Assembly: GCA_003278855.1 (NCBI GenBank) | Contig: QCCU01000006.1 | Span: forward strand, 1,578-65,577 | Length of the DNA stretch: 64,000 nt | Source: Prochlorococcus sp. AG-347-M23 | Lineage (GTDB): Bacteria > Cyanobacteriota > Cyanobacteriia > PCC-6307 > Cyanobiaceae | Direction of reading: 5' to 3' | Shown: positions 12,036-21,130 of the stretch, piece by piece | Position numbering within the stretch: the first letter of the stretch is position 1 | How the letters are laid out: every line of letters starts with the position of its first letter | Translations under genes and position numbers: made by a program | Notes under the pieces: generated by a model | The model's database searches: none | What the model was told of the DNA's origin: nothing | Seen by the model: only the letters and a program-made list of their open reading frames with translations

Positions 12036-12266
12036 TTGATGAAGACAGCTCTTAAGCCCGATTTAAAATCAAAAACTATTTGTATAAGCAAAAGTTACCC
12101 CCTTTTTATAAAGAAAGAAGTAAGTATATTTAATGTTAAATCCTACCAAAAATTAATTGTCTTTTTTATTGCATTTTCGATATTTTTAATATTCCCAGAA
12201 TCGCCAAAAGAATTGGATAATATATGTCAGAGTTATAACTCTAGAAAAATATGTAATGTTTGGTAG
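12036..12266 (+). CDS. Small hypothetical membrane protein
   Basis: 76-aa ORF with one hydrophobic segment (LIVFFIAFSIFLIF); fills the gap between flanking genes. Confidence 0.6.
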   Translation: MMKTALKPDLKSKTICISKSYPLFIKKEVSIFNVKSYQKLIVFFIAFSIFLIFPESPKELDNICQSYNSRKICNVW

Positions 12267-12668
12267 TTAAGCTGCTTCATATTCTGATTCATTTTTTATA
12301 TGATTTTTATTTTTAACTTTAAAATTAGGATTGGCCCATTGGAGTAATCTAATAGCTAATCTTAAATCTCCTTCTAACCAAGCTCTTATAGCCATCGCTC
12401 TTCGGGGATCATAAAATTTTTGCCTTCTATACCAATACAAAGCATTTTCATCTGATTTATCCCCATTACATGAAAGACACGCAGGGACGCAGTTTTCTGT
12501 TGTACTTAATCCTCCTTGGCTTCGAGGTATTACATGGTCAATAGATTCAGATGGTTTTCCGCAATATATACAACTTTTTCCAGTAAACTTATGAATAGAT
12601 TTTCGCCATTGTCTAAATCTGAACTTAGGACATAAATCCTCTAAAAAAACCGCATCATTAATATGCAT
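12267..12668 (-). CDS. HNH endonuclease family protein
   Basis: CIYCG...IDHVIPRSQGG...ENCVPACLSCNGDK. Confidence 0.9.
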   Translation of the reverse strand: MHINDAVFLEDLCPKFRFRQWRKSIHKFTGKSCIYCGKPSESIDHVIPRSQGGLSTTENCVPACLSCNGDKSDENALYWYRRQKFYDPRRAMAIRAWLEGDLRLAIRLLQWANPNFKVKNKNHIKNESEYEAA

Positions 12669-12831
12669 TCAGAATATTTAGTTAAATAAATAATCGCTTG
12701 AATATATTAAAAGTCAACATTGAATTATGCTTTTTTGCCTGAATTTTCCACTAGAAACATTTTTTAGTGTGTTTAGATACAAAAAAGTATTTATAAATTT
12801 AGCAAAAGGTATTTTCTTTCTGAAACCTTGA

Positions 12832-13296
12832 CTAGTAACTATATCTATCAAGTGTTTCATCAGTAAATTTTTCAGAGATTGCTTCATTAGCTTCTTCTAA
12901 TTCTTTTTCTAATTTTTTTCTTTTCTTTTCTCTATCTTTTGCTTCTTTTTCTTTTCTTTCTTCTTCTTTTTCTAAATCTCGTATTAGTTTTCTATTTGGA
13001 TGAAGATTATCTAAATATTCAACGCAATAATTAAATTTATCTCTTTCTCTTATAACTGTTTCAGTAATTTGTGCTGCTGCATTTTTAGGTGAAACTTTAA
13101 ACAATCCTCCCTTTTGTTTTTTTATATATGTGTAAGCTGCTTCCCAACTACTTTCATGGTCATTTCCGCCATCTCTCATGGTACAAAAAATTTCTGCTCC
13201 AAATGCACTTGCATTTACTTTTGTCGAAGTAAGAGTTAGAGGAGTTAAAATTCCCAACGCTAATAATATTAGTTTTTTCTCCTTAAATCTTTGCAT
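12832..13296 (-). CDS. Exported hypothetical protein with charged coiled-coil tail
   Basis: Signal-peptide-like N-terminus, two Cys, K/E-rich C-terminus. Confidence 0.8.
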   Translation of the reverse strand: MQRFKEKKLILLALGILTPLTLTSTKVNASAFGAEIFCTMRDGGNDHESSWEAAYTYIKKQKGGLFKVSPKNAAAQITETVIRERDKFNYCVEYLDNLHPNRKLIRDLEKEEERKEKEAKDREKKRKKLEKELEEANEAISEKFTDETLDRYSY

Positions 13297-13352
13297 TAGC
13301 CTTTTATCTTCTATTTAAAAATATCTTTTATTATGAATATGTCTATAGAAAT

Positions 13353-13874
13353 TTAAGATTTAATTACTCCAAATATATTCAAGCATTTCACAACTAAAGG
13401 AAGAATTAAAAGAACAGTTATCAATCTTACTGCGTGTAGAGTTGCTACTGCAGCCCCCACTCCATATTCAGACCCTACAAGACTCATTCCGCTAATTCCT
13501 CCTGGTGCAGCTCCTAGAATTGTTGTAATGATATCTATATTAAGTAATCTGCTTGTCCATAATCCAATTGCTAATCCAGTAATAACTAAAGTAAAAGTTA
13601 TTAATATAGCTGGCCTCCATAAATTTTGGATATCAACTAATGAGTCTTTTGTTAATGATGTACCAATGACTGTTCCAATGCCGATTTCTAAAATTGTTCT
13701 TGTTCCAATTGGCCACTCTGCGATTTCGACTTTGCCACTTATGCTAAGTAAGCTTGCCCCTATTAAAGCACCTGCTAGAGGAGCCGCAGGAATTCCTGTT
13801 TTTAGAGCTAAAGCTCCAAAAATACAACCTGCAAAAAGGTAATAGATTAAATTTATGTTAGGCATAAATTTCAA
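13353..13874 (-). CDS. AbrB-family membrane protein (single repeat)
   Basis: Highly hydrophobic; IPAAPLAGAL, GAAPGGISGM, VATLHAVRL. Confidence 0.85.
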   Translation of the reverse strand: MKFMPNINLIYYLFAGCIFGALALKTGIPAAPLAGALIGASLLSISGKVEIAEWPIGTRTILEIGIGTVIGTSLTKDSLVDIQNLWRPAILITFTLVITGLAIGLWTSRLLNIDIITTILGAAPGGISGMSLVGSEYGVGAAVATLHAVRLITVLLILPLVVKCLNIFGVIKS

Positions 13875-13998
13875 GGATTTCTGAACATAATATTAGAAAT
13901 TTTTTTTTTTGTTTAAGTTTATAGTCAAATAATATTTTTTGTTTCCTCTCGTAATGTCCCCTTTTGTTGGCATAATATTAACTAAAGCATGATTTTTT

Positions 13999-14196
13999 AT
14001 GTCTTCACAAATTTCTTATAAAGATAATAAAAACCGTATCAAGAAAAAATTATCTTTTTTTGAGGGTGGCCACCAGCTCGAAAAATTAGAGTTTGCCCTA
14101 GCAATAGCTCAAACCAAAGGTGATGAAAAAAAATCAATCGTTCTAAGAAAAAAGATTGTTGAATTAGGTGGAAATGTTGAAGAACCGGGTACTTAA
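13999..14196 (+). CDS. Conserved hypothetical small protein
   Basis: 65-aa ORF, FFEGGHQLEKLEFALA...GGNVEEPGT; AT-rich upstream region. Confidence 0.7.
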   Translation: MSSQISYKDNKNRIKKKLSFFEGGHQLEKLEFALAIAQTKGDEKKSIVLRKKIVELGGNVEEPGT

Positions 14197-14197
14197 C

Positions 14198-15361
14198 TTA
14201 ATTTCCCTCTAGATATTTTGATGCTATTACTAACGCTTCCCCTGCTTGTTGGGCTGTAATTTTACCGAGTTTGAGAAGTGTATTACTTATCGCAGAAACT
14301 ACCGTAATAATATCTTTATCATTCACATAACCTAAATGTCCGACTCTGAATATTTTCCCCTTCAGATGATCTTGACCACCGGCAAGTAGAATATCAAAAT
14401 TGTTTTTTATTGTTTTTCTAAATTCTTCAGCATCAATTCCTTCAGTTTTTATTGCAGTAATTGAAGGACTTAAATATTTTTCGTCAGCAAATAATTTTAA
14501 ATTTAAAGCCTTTACTGCATTGCTCATAGCTAATTTGTGTTTATTATGTCTTAGGAAAATGTTATTTAAGCCTTCTTCTCTCATCATTTTTAAAGCTTCA
14601 TCTAAAGCAAAAACTAAATTAACTGCTGGGGTGTATGGATTACTGTTTGTTAAAAGACTTTTTCTGTAGGATTTTAAATTTAAATAAAATTTTGGCAGAT
14701 TAGATTTCTCTGCAGCTAACCATGCTTTTTGGCTCATTGCTATAAAGCTAAGCCCTGGAGGTATCATATACCCTTTTTGTGATCCAGAGGCAACGATATC
14801 TAATTTCCATTCATCAACTGGTACATTGCAAGCTCCAAGACTTGTAACGCAATCAACAATAGATAAAGCTGTGTTGTGTGCACGAATATATGAACTGATA
14901 GTTTCTAAATCATTAATTACACCTGTTGATGTTTCAGAATGAGTCAAAATAACCGCCTTTATTTCTTTTTGCTTATCTTCCTCTAATATCTTTTTGAATT
15001 CTTCTGGATCAAGTGGAGTTCCCCACTCGGAATCAATTTTTATTACTTCAAGACCAAATTCTTTTGAAACTTTTACCCATCTTTCGCCAAATTTTCCATT
15101 TTCTCCACAAATTACTTTATCTCCTTTACTTAAGGTATTTATTATTCCAGCCTCCATTGCGGCAGTCCCACTACCAGTGATTGTTAGAACATCATTTTGA
15201 GTTTGATGAAGCCACTGTAAATTTTTAGTTGTACTCTCTACGAGATCTTGAAATTCTTTACTGCGATGGCCTATTGGATGCTTACTTAATGCTTGTAAAA
15301 CTTTTTCTGGAACTGGCGTGGGTCCAGGAATCATCAATGATAATTTTTGTTGTATGGCCAC
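14198..15361 (-). CDS. Class V PLP aminotransferase (alanine/serine--glyoxylate aminotransferase family)
   Basis: MIPGPTP, HSETSTG, DCVTS, SGSQKG PLP lysine, FRVGHLG. Confidence 0.93.
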   Translation of the reverse strand: MAIQQKLSLMIPGPTPVPEKVLQALSKHPIGHRSKEFQDLVESTTKNLQWLHQTQNDVLTITGSGTAAMEAGIINTLSKGDKVICGENGKFGERWVKVSKEFGLEVIKIDSEWGTPLDPEEFKKILEEDKQKEIKAVILTHSETSTGVINDLETISSYIRAHNTALSIVDCVTSLGACNVPVDEWKLDIVASGSQKGYMIPPGLSFIAMSQKAWLAAEKSNLPKFYLNLKSYRKSLLTNSNPYTPAVNLVFALDEALKMMREEGLNNIFLRHNKHKLAMSNAVKALNLKLFADEKYLSPSITAIKTEGIDAEEFRKTIKNNFDILLAGGQDHLKGKIFRVGHLGYVNDKDIITVVSAISNTLLKLGKITAQQAGEALVIASKYLEGN

Positions 15362-15421
15362 TTTTTATTAAATAGGTCATTCTTAGATTAGTTCTCATTA
15401 TATATTTTTCAATTACTTGAT

Positions 15422-16534
15422 TTGAAAAAAGGATTTTCTTTACCTTTGTGGGTTGCTGGAGCTGCTAAGTCAGCATTAAATAAACTAGTAGGTTTACCAT
15501 TTAAGAATTATGAACTAATAAAAATTCCTAATGAAAAAAAAGAAATAAAAATCGAGATTCATTCTGTTGGTTTACTTCAAGATGACTCGCATTCATTAGG
15601 AATTACCTTTGCAAAGTCTGGCTTAGATCTTGACATTACACAAAACTTAGAGATATGGATAATAGCCTCTTTAGAAAAAATTTCTTTTAATAATCCTGTT
15701 CAAAAAATTCCAATAAATATTATTGCAGGATCTGGTGTAGGCATAAAACAAGATACATCAGAGATATGCATTTCTAATTTTGCCAAAGAAGTTTTATTTG
15801 AAAATTTGTTAGATAGTATTCCTGCCGGCTTTAATCTGAAATTAGAAATTATTTTCCCAAATGGGGAGTTCTTAGCAGAAAGAACTAGTAACAAGTCATT
15901 TGGTATTGTTGATGGATTATCTATTATTGGTACTTCTGCTGAGACTTATTCGAGTGCTTCACCTGATCAATTAGCAGAAGCTAAAAATAATTTAGCTAAG
16001 TTAATTCAAAACGATTTTAAAGGAGAAGTGATATTTGTTATTGGTGAAAATGGGTTAAATTTGGCTAAAACTTATAATGTTAATTTGCCAATTATCAAAG
16101 TTGGAAATTGGATAGGACCATTATTAGTTGATGCTGCAATAAAAAAAGTTAAAACTGTAATTCTTTTTGGTTATCACGGGAAATTAATTAAATTAGCAGG
16201 CGGTATTTTTCATACACATAATCATTTGGCTGACGCAAGAATTGAGATTCTTATTTATTTAGCCGTTCGAGAAAAGTTACCTCCTGAAATAATTCTTGAA
16301 TTATCTCAGTTAGATAATCTTGAGAATGCATTACAATTTCTTGAGAGATTTAATAAATCTTCAGCTGATAAATTATTCAAGAATTTATCAAATACGATCG
16401 AAAAGCGTTCTTTTACTTATGTAAATAGGTATGTAAAAACCGATATGGAAATCGCATCAATCATTTTTGATAGAAAAAGGAAAATTAGGTGGGCTGGAAT
16501 TAACGGCAATAATTATATTTCTTATTTTCAATGA
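15422..16534 (+). CDS. cbiD: Cobalt-precorrin-5B C1-methyltransferase
   Basis: GLSIIGTS, GYHGKLIKLAGGIFHTH; TTG start. Confidence 0.93.
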   Translation: MKKGFSLPLWVAGAAKSALNKLVGLPFKNYELIKIPNEKKEIKIEIHSVGLLQDDSHSLGITFAKSGLDLDITQNLEIWIIASLEKISFNNPVQKIPINIIAGSGVGIKQDTSEICISNFAKEVLFENLLDSIPAGFNLKLEIIFPNGEFLAERTSNKSFGIVDGLSIIGTSAETYSSASPDQLAEAKNNLAKLIQNDFKGEVIFVIGENGLNLAKTYNVNLPIIKVGNWIGPLLVDAAIKKVKTVILFGYHGKLIKLAGGIFHTHNHLADARIEILIYLAVREKLPPEIILELSQLDNLENALQFLERFNKSSADKLFKNLSNTIEKRSFTYVNRYVKTDMEIASIIFDRKRKIRWAGINGNNYISYFQ

Positions 16535-16588
16535 GATTAATTTGTGATGCATTATGCTTTTGTAAATAAATTGAGTTAACTTTTATAC

Positions 16589-18175
16589 ATGAGTCAAATA
16601 ATTTTAAAAAAAGAAAGAGATCCTTCAATATTAATTTTGGATTTCGGATCTCAATATTCTGAATTGATTGCAAGAAGAATTAGAGAAACTAATGTTTTTT
16701 CTCTTGTAGTAAGTAATTACATTTCAATTGAGGAAATTAAAGATATTAACCCTAAAGGGATTGTTTTGAGTGGCGGTCCAAATTCTGTATATGAAAAAAA
16801 TGCTCCTAAGTGTGATGAAAAAATTTTTAATTTAGGAATTCCTATTCTTGGTATATGCTATGGAATGCAATTAATGGTCAAAGAACTGGGAGGATCTGTT
16901 ATGTCAGCAACCAAAAGAGCTGAATATGGCAGAGCACCAATAAGTATTGACCAAGAATCTGACCTCCTTTCTGATGTAGAAGATAAATCTATTATGTGGA
17001 TGAGTCATGGCGATTCTATTGATTGTTTACCTGATGGATTTAATAAAATTGCTCATACCGAGAACACACTCCATGCAGCAATTTCAAATGATGTAAAGAA
17101 ATTATTTGGCGTACAATTTCATCCTGAAGTTATTCATTCAGAGTTTGGGATGACGGTAATTAAAAATTTTGTTTATAAAATTTCTTGTTGTGCAGCGGAT
17201 TGGACAACCGACACCTATATAGAGGAAACTATTCCCAGGATAAGAGAGCAAGTTGGTAATAAAAAAGTTTTGCTTGCCTTATCTGGAGGGGTTGATTCTT
17301 CAACTCTTGCTTTTCTTCTTAACAAAGCTATTGGAAATCAGCTTACATGCATGTTTATAGACCAAGGTTTCATGAGAAAAGGTGAACCAGAGTTTTTAAT
17401 GAATTTTTTTGATAAGAAATTTCATATAAAAGTTGAATATATTAATGCAAGGGAAAGGTTTATTGCCAAATTAAAAGGTATTACTGATCCAGAACAAAAA
17501 AGAAAAATAATAGGTGAAGAATTTATTAGAGTATTTGAGGAAGAAAGCAATAGGTTAGGACCTTTTCAGTATTTAGCCCAAGGTACTCTTTATCCTGATG
17601 TTATTGAAAGTGCTGGTACTAATATTGATCCTAAGACTGGTGAAAGAATAGCTGTAAAAATAAAGAGTCATCATAACGTAGGTGGATTGCCAAAAGATTT
17701 ACAATTTAAATTAGTTGAGCCATTAAGAAAACTTTTTAAGGATGAAGTCCGAAAGGTGGGAGCTGCTTTAGGTTTGCCGGATGAAATTATAAAAAGACAT
17801 CCATTTCCAGGCCCTGGATTAGCTATAAGAATTTTGGGAGAGGTAAATAATGAAAAACTTGATTGTTTAAGAGATGCAGACTGGATAGTAAGAGATGAAA
17901 TTAAAAAAGCAGGACTTTACAATGATATTTGGCAAGCTTTTGCAGTATTACTACCTGTTAAAACTGTTGGAGTGATGGGAGATAAAAGGACCTATGCATG
18001 GCCAATAGTTTTACGTTGCGTATCAAGTGAGGATGGGATGACAGCGGATTGGTCAAAAATTCCTTTTAAGATTTTGGAGAGGATAGCAAATAGAATCGTA
18101 AACGAAGTAGATTCAGTTAATAGAGTTGTTTATGATATTACAAGTAAACCTCCTGGAACTATTGAGTGGGAATAG
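16589..18175 (+). CDS. guaA: GMP synthase (glutamine-hydrolysing)
   Basis: GICYGMQ, QFHPEV, SGGVDSS, C-terminal KPPGTIEWE. Confidence 0.98.
   Translation: MSQIILKKERDPSILILDFGSQYSELIARRIRETNVFSLVVSNYISIEEIKDINPKGIVLSGGPNSVYEKNAPKCDEKIFNLGIPILGICYGMQLMVKELGGSVMSATKRAEYGRAPISIDQESDLLSDVEDKSIMWMSHGDSIDCLPDGFNKIAHTENTLHAAISNDVKKLFGVQFHPEVIHSEFGMTVIKNFVYKISCCAADWTTDTYIEETIPRIREQVGNKKVLLALSGGVDSSTLAFLLNKAIGNQLTCMFIDQGFMRKGEPEFLMNFFDKKFHIKVEYINARERFIAKLKGITDPEQKRKIIGEEFIRVFEEESNRLGPFQYLAQGTLYPDVIESAGTNIDPKTGERIAVKIKSHHNVGGLPKDLQFKLVEPLRKLFKDEVRKVGAALGLPDEIIKRHPFPGPGLAIRILGEVNNEKLDCLRDADWIVRDEIKKAGLYNDIWQAFAVLLPVKTVGVMGDKRTYAWPIVLRCVSSEDGMTADWSKIPFKILERIANRIVNEVDSVNRVVYDITSKPPGTIEWE
18160..18174 (+). 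repeat. Left att core (end of guaA)
   Basis: TATTGAGTGGGAATA followed by G, giving the TAG stop. Confidence 0.88.
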
Positions 18176-18394
18176 TTTATAGGGCAAGAATGTAGTTATA
18201 CACAAAAAATGCTGTTTGTTGTAAGTTTGTTCTGTAATTGATCTTAAAAAAATCACATTAATATTGAGTTTATAAAGCACCTATTTGTTGCCAGTTTTTT
18301 TGCGTCACTTTGTCATCGTTTTCACGAAAAAATCGTAAAGGGTCTTTGTTGTTTTATTCGGATAGAAATATTGCAATATTATTTTCTTCAAAAT

Positions 18395-19987
18395 TTATGA
18401 AACTAAGTTTTTATATTTCTTATTTTGATTAATGATTTCAATTGCAGGTTTAAGTAATTCTTTGTAGTTTTTCCAATTGCCAATCGATTTAGAATTTATA
18501 GGATAACGGACTTGAACGCTACTACGAGTTAAGACTGAACGTGAATTGAGGTGAGGTGACAGATATATATCTTCCCATTTCCAACCTATCCAAGAAATCA
18601 AGGATCTAATTTCTTTATGAGGATTGGTAACTAAAGAGTCATAATTTAGATCATATATTTTTGTTCTAAATCTATTTTTGTATTCCGTCATTATTCTTTC
18701 TTGATCTAAGTAGACTTTTGCGGAATCAGCAAGGGATGATGAGTATTCAATTCCCCTTGCAAAATGTGCTCGAAAAAGTGAAAGAATATTGTCTAAAGGA
18801 TTTCTAAAACAATGAATTATTTTGGCATTCGGTATTTTCTTAGCGATGATACCCGCATATTGATAATTTAATAAGTTTTTATTAGTTGTTATGTTGAATT
18901 TTTTATTAAAATCTTTAATCTTTTTCCAATAGTTTTTAGCGAGAGATAATGATTGATCACTTTTTTTACTATCTAAATATAATTCTTCTAGAATTTCAAT
19001 TTCACCTAAATCGTCAACATTAATATTCATACTAAGGATTGACTCTAACAAAGTAGAACCACATCTAGGCATCCCTACTATGAAAATACTCTGGGGATAT
19101 TTAATGTTATCTTCTTCAATATTTGTTATTTTATCAGATTCAAAAAGTAATGATTGAGATTTATTGAGTATTAACTCAGGTTTAGATGGATTAATACCAA
19201 GTTTTAAGTCATTCGCTAATAGTAAATTTTCTGCGCATTGATTGTAATTCTTTTCATTATGAAGAACATTTGCTCTTGCGAAGTAAATATCAATTTGATC
19301 TTTTTTTGATTTATTAATCAATATACTTTCTGAAAAGATATTTTTCTTCCATTTTTTATTTTTATTGGAATATTTCAGATTAGATATTGAAAAATATGCT
19401 CTTGCATAATCAGGATTGATTTCAATTGCCTTGAGACATGATGATTCTGCCTCTTTTAATTTTCCAAGATCTTTTAAAATCCCTCCCAAATTTGAATGAA
19501 ACATAGCAAAATTAGGATTTATTTTGATTGCTTTTCGGAATGCAATTTCTGCCTGATGTAAATTACCAAGGTCTCTTAACACATTTCCAAGATTGGTATA
19601 AGCATCAGCAAAACTAGAATTGATTTCAATTGCCTTTAGATAACAAAATTCTGCTTCTTTTAGTTTTCCTAGATCTTTCATTACATTACCAAGATTGAAA
19701 TGTGCCTTATAGAAATCAGGATTAATTTTAATTGCTTTGCGATAACAAAATTCTGCCTCTTTTAATTTTCCTAGACCTCTAAGTATGACTCCATAATTAG
19801 AAAATACACCATAGTCTTCAAATCCTTTATTGATGAAATATTGATAATATTTTGCTGCTTCTATAATATTTCCTTTTGAATGAAAATGAATTGCTTGATT
19901 ATATATTTGTTCTTTAGAAGTTTTAATTACTTTACTAATTTTTTCTTGTTTTTTATTTAATTTATTTTGATCTCCAAAACCTTTCAT
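18395..19987 (-). CDS. TPR-repeat sulfotransferase family protein
   Basis: MKGFG N-terminus, four well-conserved 34-aa TPRs, then IFIVGMPRCGSTLLE (5'-PSB) and RNPLDNILS (3'-PB) PAPS-binding motifs. Confidence 0.9.
   Translation of the reverse strand: MKGFGDQNKLNKKQEKISKVIKTSKEQIYNQAIHFHSKGNIIEAAKYYQYFINKGFEDYGVFSNYGVILRGLGKLKEAEFCYRKAIKINPDFYKAHFNLGNVMKDLGKLKEAEFCYLKAIEINSSFADAYTNLGNVLRDLGNLHQAEIAFRKAIKINPNFAMFHSNLGGILKDLGKLKEAESSCLKAIEINPDYARAYFSISNLKYSNKNKKWKKNIFSESILINKSKKDQIDIYFARANVLHNEKNYNQCAENLLLANDLKLGINPSKPELILNKSQSLLFESDKITNIEEDNIKYPQSIFIVGMPRCGSTLLESILSMNINVDDLGEIEILEELYLDSKKSDQSLSLAKNYWKKIKDFNKKFNITTNKNLLNYQYAGIIAKKIPNAKIIHCFRNPLDNILSLFRAHFARGIEYSSSLADSAKVYLDQERIMTEYKNRFRTKIYDLNYDSLVTNPHKEIRSLISWIGWKWEDIYLSPHLNSRSVLTRSSVQVRYPINSKSIGNWKNYKELLKPAIEIINQNKKYKNLVS
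19403..19810 (-). repeat. Four tandem ~102-bp TPR-coding repeats
   Basis: Units of the form xNLGxxL(K/R)DLGKLKEAExxxxKAIxINP; DNA similarity visible, e.g. TTCTGC(C/T)TCTTTTA(A/G)TTTTCC recurs; boundaries approximate. Confidence 0.85.
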
Positions 19988-20256
19988 TTTGACAAAAATT
20001 TATTAAGTTTTGAATATGATTATACCTAAATTGAAATTCCTATAAAACTGGATCGCTTATTGAGTAAGTCATGACTTGTTAACCGACGAAAAAGTTTATG
20101 ATGAAATCTATTTATGACTTGGGTAGAATTATCAAAGATTATCAGTTGCGATGATACAAAATTCTTACTTCGATTTGTTGTCAGTTTGTTGCGAAATTAC
20201 TTTATTAAAAGAAACCAGTAATACCAATCATTTTCAAGGAGTAAAAATGCTTTTTT

Positions 20257-20271
20257 TATTGAGTGGGAATA
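20257..20271 (+). repeat. Right att core (duplicate of guaA 3' end)
   Basis: TATTGAGTGGGAATA followed by A, so it reads ATT GAG TGG GAA TAA (IEWE-stop). Confidence 0.88.
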
Positions 20272-20340
20272 AAGTTTCAAATTTTAAAAAATAAAAGTTT
20301 TTATTTAAACCAGAAATTTTTAAATGAGATTTAAAAAGTA

Positions 20341-21054
20341 ATGCCCGATATTATTAAATTAAGTCGATCTACAGTTGAGAAATATCTTAGTTGTCCAAGA
20401 TGTTGTGTACTGGACAAAAAATATCAAATAAAACCACCATCATTACCATTTACCTTAAATATAGCTGTAGATAATTTATGTAAAAATGAATTTGATTATT
20501 ATAGAAAAATTCAGGAGCCGCATCCTTTATTTATTGAATATGGAATTGATGCTGTGCCTTTCAAACACAAAAATTTAGAACGTTGGAGAAGTAATTTTCA
20601 AGGGATAAGATATAAGTCAATTGAACATAACTATGACTTTGGTGGAGCTGTAGATGATATTTGGCAGAAAAAAAATGGTCATCTTATTATCGTTGATGTA
20701 AAAGCCACATCTAGAAATAATTTTGATTGGTCTGAGACTTTTAATAAATACGAATATGCAAAAGCTTATAAAAGACAGTTAGAAATGTATCAGTGGTTGT
20801 TTAAAAAAAACGGTTTTCAAGTGGCTAAAGAAGCTTATCTTTTATATTTCAATGGCAAGAAAAATGAAGAGTTTTTTAATAACCAATTAAATTTTGACGT
20901 ACATTTAATCAAATTAGATTGTTCTACTTCATGGGTAGAAAATAAGATAATTGATACGGTAAATTTATTACGTTCTGATAATTTCCCTAAACCCTCCTTA
21001 AATTGTGAATACTGTAACTATTTAAAGAAGCGTTGGCAGTTGTCCATAACTTAA
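20341..21054 (+). CDS. PD-(D/E)XK nuclease, RecB/Cas4-like
   Basis: GAVDD...IVDVKAT, QLEMY, N-terminal CPRC and C-terminal CEYC cysteines. Confidence 0.88.
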   Translation: MPDIIKLSRSTVEKYLSCPRCCVLDKKYQIKPPSLPFTLNIAVDNLCKNEFDYYRKIQEPHPLFIEYGIDAVPFKHKNLERWRSNFQGIRYKSIEHNYDFGGAVDDIWQKKNGHLIIVDVKATSRNNFDWSETFNKYEYAKAYKRQLEMYQWLFKKNGFQVAKEAYLLYFNGKKNEEFFNNQLNFDVHLIKLDCSTSWVENKIIDTVNLLRSDNFPKPSLNCEYCNYLKKRWQLSIT

Positions 21055-21130
21055 TAACAATAGGATAATTTTCTATATTTCTGGAAAAATAGTGAATTAA
21101 AGATAATCTTTAATTAGACTTCTAATAAAA

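Larger units (their letters stand above)
18160..20271. mobile_element. Integrase-less integrative element or islet at the guaA 3' end
   Basis: Exact 15-bp direct repeat TATTGAGTGGGAATA at 18160-18174 (last codons of guaA) and 20257-20271; single cargo gene; repeated TTTGTTG-based motifs inside both ends. Confidence 0.82.

Noticed and set aside
12891-12973. Long polypyrimidine tract, potentially H-DNA forming
   Set aside because: Explained by AAA/GAA codons of the K/E-rich coiled coil on the minus strand
13353-13874. Ammonia monooxygenase
   Set aside because: A legacy label for AbrB-family membrane proteins; no amoCAB features
14198-15361. Soluble hydrogenase small subunit
   Set aside because: A legacy label; the sequence is a class V PLP aminotransferase with no Ni/Fe-S motifs
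20098-20154. 18-codon ORF (MMKSIYDLGRIIKDYQLR) inside the right end of the guaA element as an integrase remnant
   Set aside because: Too short and lacks any R-H-R-Y tyrosine recombinase motif
20341-21054. Possible CRISPR-Cas locus, because of the Cas4-like nuclease
   Set aside because: No repeat-spacer array and no cas1/cas2 or effector genes in the window
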